NCBI GenBank assembly: GCA_039028975.1
Contig: JBCCHB010000104.1
Location: 1 to 60,392, forward strand
From: Chloroflexota bacterium
GTDB lineage: Bacteria; Chloroflexota; Anaerolineae; Caldilineales; Caldilineaceae
DNA length: 60,392 nt
Direction: 5' to 3'
The notes under the pieces were generated by a model that did not search any database, was not told the DNA's origin, and saw only the letters and a program-made list of their open reading frames with translations. Within the stretch, counting starts at the first letter, position 1. Every line of letters starts with the position of its first letter. This document shows positions 54,782 through 60,392 of this stretch, piece by piece. Position numbers and translations under genes: made by a program.

Positions 54782-56195
54782 TAGAGGACGACGGCGAAAT
54801 CGGCCCGAGGCTCCAGTCCATCAGATTACCCTACCGGATAGAGATCTAGCCAATCCCAAAGAAATCACACCAGAAGTTAGCTGCACCCGATGTAATGACA
54901 TGGGCTTTTTAACAGTAGATGTACCCATGGGGCATCCTGAATTTGGCAAGGCGATTCCCTGCTCATGCCGAGCGCAAGAGAGAGCCTATCGCAAGCTGAA
55001 TCGTCTTTTGCGGATGAGCAACCTAGATGGCCTAGAGCCATTGACCTTTGACAGATTTGATGCTTCTCCAGAGCACCTATCAAGGGAGCACAAGCATAGC
55101 CTGCACTATGCCAGCACAACCTGCCAGCATTTTGCCCAGCAGCCTGAAGGATGGTTATTGATCACTGGAACTTATGGCTGCGGAAAGACCCATCTCGCGG
55201 CAGCAATTGCCAATGAACGGCTCAATGCAGGTCATTCGGTTCTCTTTCAAGTCGTACCAGATCTGCTCGATCACTTGCGGCGTTCATTTGGCCCTAATAG
55301 TGATGTGACCTATGACGAGCTTTTCGAGCAGGTACGCTCGACACCTCTGCTGATTTTGGATGATCTGGGGGCACAACATAGCAGCGGCTGGGCGCAGGAA
55401 AAACTCTTCCAACTGCTCAATCATCGTTATAATGTAAAGCTACCCACCGTTATCACCACGAACCTCCGCATGGATGAGATCGAACCTCGCTTACGTAGCC
55501 GTCTTCTTTATGTTCAATTTGTGAATCATGTGTTGATTACAGCACCTGATTTCCGCGTTGAGCAAGGGGCTACGAGTAATTACGGGTTGAGTACCCTACG
55601 TCTTCATCAGGATAAGCGCTTTGATACCTTTGAAACTCGACGTAATGAGCTAACAGCTCAAGAGCGAGCAAACGTACAAACGATCTATGATTTCTGTTAT
55701 CAATACGCCGAAAATCCGACGGGATGGGTTGCTATCAATGGTACCTACGGTGCTGGTAAGACTCATCTTGCCGCAGCCATCGCCAACCATCGACTCGATA
55801 GGGGACTTGGAGACGTACTTTTCATCGTGGCTCCAGATCTGCTTGATCATCTTCGCTCTACTTACAGCCCAACAGCAACCACCACTTACGATCGCCGGTT
55901 TGATGAGATTAAAAATACACCTATGTTGATCTTGGATGATCTGGGCACGGAAAGTGCTACTCCTTGGGCGAAGGAGAAGCTCTTCCAGTTGTTGGACTAT
56001 CGCTATAGCGCTTCCCTGCCTACTGTGATCACAACTACCATTCACGTCGATGATATTGAACCATGGCTCCTTACTCGTATCAAGGATGTAAGCCGTTGTC
56101 GAATATGCGTGCTCTCATGTCCCAGTTTCCGGGGCAGCCCGACCCAACAGCAGCAGACCGGAAAAGGGCGTAGGTCAAATGGTGGAAAGAGATAA
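54690..56195 (+). CDS. DnaC/DnaI-like helicase loader with an N-terminal Zn-binding region and two tandem AAA+ (IstB-like) ATPase modules. The annotated ORF overlaps the upstream gene by 92 nt, so the start is uncertain.
   Basis: 'CTRCNDMGF...CSC' (Zn). Module 1 '[24 protein letters not shown] ... LLILDDLG'. Module 2 '[24 protein letters not shown] ... MLILDDLG'. Confidence 0.75.
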   Translation: MKGMDDLLGNDESQRADMISQMISRTSSSGSRGRRRNRPEAPVHQITLPDRDLANPKEITPEVSCTRCNDMGFLTVDVPMGHPEFGKAIPCSCRAQERAYRKLNRLLRMSNLDGLEPLTFDRFDASPEHLSREHKHSLHYASTTCQHFAQQPEGWLLITGTYGCGKTHLAAAIANERLNAGHSVLFQVVPDLLDHLRRSFGPNSDVTYDELFEQVRSTPLLILDDLGAQHSSGWAQEKLFQLLNHRYNVKLPTVITTNLRMDEIEPRLRSRLLYVQFVNHVLITAPDFRVEQGATSNYGLSTLRLHQDKRFDTFETRRNELTAQERANVQTIYDFCYQYAENPTGWVAINGTYGAGKTHLAAAIANHRLDRGLGDVLFIVAPDLLDHLRSTYSPTATTTYDRRFDEIKNTPMLILDDLGTESATPWAKEKLFQLLDYRYSASLPTVITTTIHVDDIEPWLLTRIKDVSRCRICVLSCPSFRGSPTQQQQTGKGRRSNGGKR

Positions 56196-56321
56196 TTTTG
56201 CTCTGTTTGACAGCAAATTTGTTGTCTGCTAGAATCACGAGAGGCCATAGGCACACGCCTAGTTGGCCTTTTTATTTGGCCTGAATTTTTATTGGTTTCG
56301 TAAGGCTGACAGGAGGGAATC

Positions 56322-58172
56322 ATGAATGAGACACTACGGACATACGCCCGTCTGCTTGGACATCTACGCCCTTATCCTAAGGAGGTTTGCATTGCCTACA
56401 TTTCAATGATGGGCGCGGCTCTCCTCAACCTCTTTATTCCACAAGTCATAAAAAATGCAATTGATAACGGCATTGCTGCAGGCAATTCAACCAGCCTCTT
56501 TTGGGCTGCTGGCTTGATTGTAGCCATCGCTGTCATTCGAGCTATGGCGGCTTTTGGCCAACAATATTTCGGTCAATGGTTAACGTTTCGCGTAGCCTAT
56601 GATCTACGTGATTACTTTTATCAGAGTATGCAGCGTCTGCCCTTTGGCTTCCATGATACAGCTCAAACAGGTGATCTGATGAGCCGAGCCACAAGTGACA
56701 TTACCGAGACAGAACGTTTTGTCGGTATGGGGCTCATGGATCTGTTGGCTACAGTGCTGCTATTAATCGGTGTAATCACTGCTATGCTCTTTGAAAATCT
56801 ACGTCTTGCACTCATGGTGCTGCCTTGCATGGCCGTAATGGTCTATTCAACCATACGCTTTGGAGGGGTCATCCGCCCACTTTTCCAACGGATCCAAGAG
56901 CAGATGGGTGTGCTCTCGACAGCTATGCAGGAAAGTATGACGGGGATTAATGTTGTAAAGGCGTTCGCCAGGGAAGAGGATGAGTTCGTCAAATTTGATC
57001 GAGAGAATGATGATTGGTTTGAGCGACGCTACGATGCGATCAAGCTTTGGTCAGTTTACTGGCCTCTTTTTACACTTATTTTAGCCCTTAGTATTGTCTT
57101 ATTACTCTGGTTTGGTGGCCCCATGGCCTTGTCGGCCCAGATTACAGTGGGTTCTCTCTTTGCCATGATCTCCTATGTGCTGATGCTCAACGGACCCGTA
57201 CTTCGCCTTGGGTTTCTGGTCAATATGGCGGCAACCGCTGGTGCAAGTGTCAAGCGAGTATATGAAATCATTGATACGCCCAGTACCATAGAGGAGCCAG
57301 AACAGGCTGTATCTGTAGAAGAGTCCACAGGTCATGTAGTCTTTCAGGATGTCACCTTTGGCTATCTCGAGGATGCACCAATCTTACAGAACATCAGCTT
57401 TGTATCAGAACCAGGGCAAGTTGTGGCACTTATTGGACCGACCGGTTCGGGCAAATCATCTATCATTAATCTGATTCCTCGCTTTTATGACCCTTTCAGC
57501 GGGCAGGTGCTCGTCGACGGTGTAGATGTGCGGGAGCGCAAACTGCATGAGCTGCGGCGCAACATTGCGATTGTCTTGCAGGAACCATTCCTCTTCAGCT
57601 CGACAATTGCTGAGAATATTGCTTACGGACGGGGTGATGCAACCCAAGAACAGATCGAAGCCGCGGCCAAAGCCGCCTGTGCTCACGACTTTATCCTTAC
57701 CTTCCCTGACGGTTACCAAACCCATGTTGGTGAGCGCGGCGTCACCCTAAGTGGTGGACAAAAACAACGCGTGGCCATTGCTCGGGCTTTGATCTGCGAT
57801 CCGCGTATTCTGATCTTAGATGACTCAACCAGCGCCGTTGATACGGAGACTGAACATCTGATTCAACAAGCCCTGCAGGAATTAATGAAGGGACGAACAA
57901 CCTTTGTCATTGCCCAACGCCTCTTATCGCTCAAAAGTGCCGATCAGATATTGGTCTTAGAGAATGGACGGATTGCTGAGCGTGGAACTCATGATAGCCT
58001 TTTGGAAATGAATGGTCTCTATCGACAAATTTACGATCTACAACTCAAGGACCAAGAAGAATTCCAACAACTTTCGACCTCTCCATCGCCTTACGATGCA
58101 AGTTCTCATCGCATTGAGGAGTCTGCAACCCTATCCGAATCCGCATCGTTTACACCAGTTCCTGGCCGGTAA
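56322..58172 (+). CDS. ABC exporter (fused permease-ATPase, type I exporter fold).
   Basis: Six TM N-terminal domain. 'GPTGSGKSS' (Walker A), 'LSGGQKQRVAIARAL' (signature), 'ILILDDSTSAVD' (Walker B). Confidence 0.9.
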   Translation: MNETLRTYARLLGHLRPYPKEVCIAYISMMGAALLNLFIPQVIKNAIDNGIAAGNSTSLFWAAGLIVAIAVIRAMAAFGQQYFGQWLTFRVAYDLRDYFYQSMQRLPFGFHDTAQTGDLMSRATSDITETERFVGMGLMDLLATVLLLIGVITAMLFENLRLALMVLPCMAVMVYSTIRFGGVIRPLFQRIQEQMGVLSTAMQESMTGINVVKAFAREEDEFVKFDRENDDWFERRYDAIKLWSVYWPLFTLILALSIVLLLWFGGPMALSAQITVGSLFAMISYVLMLNGPVLRLGFLVNMAATAGASVKRVYEIIDTPSTIEEPEQAVSVEESTGHVVFQDVTFGYLEDAPILQNISFVSEPGQVVALIGPTGSGKSSIINLIPRFYDPFSGQVLVDGVDVRERKLHELRRNIAIVLQEPFLFSSTIAENIAYGRGDATQEQIEAAAKAACAHDFILTFPDGYQTHVGERGVTLSGGQKQRVAIARALICDPRILILDDSTSAVDTETEHLIQQALQELMKGRTTFVIAQRLLSLKSADQILVLENGRIAERGTHDSLLEMNGLYRQIYDLQLKDQEEFQQLSTSPSPYDASSHRIEESATLSESASFTPVPGR

Positions 58173-58238
58173 GAAATCATAAACTCTACAGTTGGTGGCT
58201 GGTAGCTGGTGGCCGACACATAGCGAACGCCGACCAAA

Positions 58239-60254
<2,016 letters not shown>

Positions 60255-60262
60255 GTCAGCGA

Positions 60263-60281
60263 CCACCGGCAGAGCCGGTGG
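60263..60281 (+). terminator. Hairpin ccaccgg-cagag-ccggtgg immediately after the ABC exporter stop. No U-tract, so a weak terminator candidate.
   Basis: 7-bp perfect stem with a 5-nt loop, 9 nt after the TAA stop. Confidence 0.3.
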
Positions 60282-60392
60282 CTTGAATTCATGGACCGCT
60301 CGAAGCGGTTATTTAGAGCCCCCAATGGGGGCAACTTCTATCAGTCTTGGTCGAAGAGACTCAGTTGGTCGTAGCGTCGGTCTTCTTCTTCC

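Overview
The 60.4-kb window has moderate GC and reads as two parts. Gene content (NB-ARC/TPR STAND ATPase, several caspase-like proteins, isopentenyl phosphate kinase, DnaD/DnaI-type replication genes) suggests a Chloroflexota-like, possibly filamentous, bacterium; this is inference only. The left ~25 kb (about 2.9-25.3 kb) is a plasmid-like mobile mosaic. It carries an RPA-family RepA initiator with five upstream iterons, an AT-rich stretch and a DnaA box, plus ParA/ParG flanked by palindromic centromere-like repeats. It also carries a Toprim primase-like gene beside a hairpin cluster, a small tyrosine recombinase with an excisionase-like HTH gene, an SprT-like metalloprotease, and a Tn3 transposase remnant. 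Toxin-antitoxin content is dense (BrnT/BrnA, VapBC, an orphan DUF1778 antitoxin, a VapC fragment), and there are three methyltransferase-like genes with no visible endonuclease. Two visibly AT-richer islands hold three clan-CD (caspase/CHAT-like) cysteine-peptidase genes: one coupled to a 4-TM membrane protein, one minimal 176-aa form next to a 656-aa secreted protein, and one EAD-HTH-CHAT effector next to a DUF2971 protein. An HTH-NB-ARC-TPR STAND NTPase sits at the window edge. The right ~35 kb looks chromosomal or chromid-like: a Cys-type sulfatase and its FGE maturase split by a four-gene cassette (major-vault-protein-like repeat/SPFH protein, tandem SH3-like protein, double TerB protein, Zn-ribbon SNF2 helicase); a peptide ABC importer operon; catabolic enzymes; selA; isopentenyl phosphate kinase; rseP followed by a Zn-ribbon/TM/2xLysM protein; a HEAT-repeat protein; an AEC transporter; dnaB, a dnaD-like gene and a tandemly duplicated DnaC/DnaI-like loader; and a heterodimeric ABC exporter pair. 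No rRNA, tRNA or CRISPR array was recognised.
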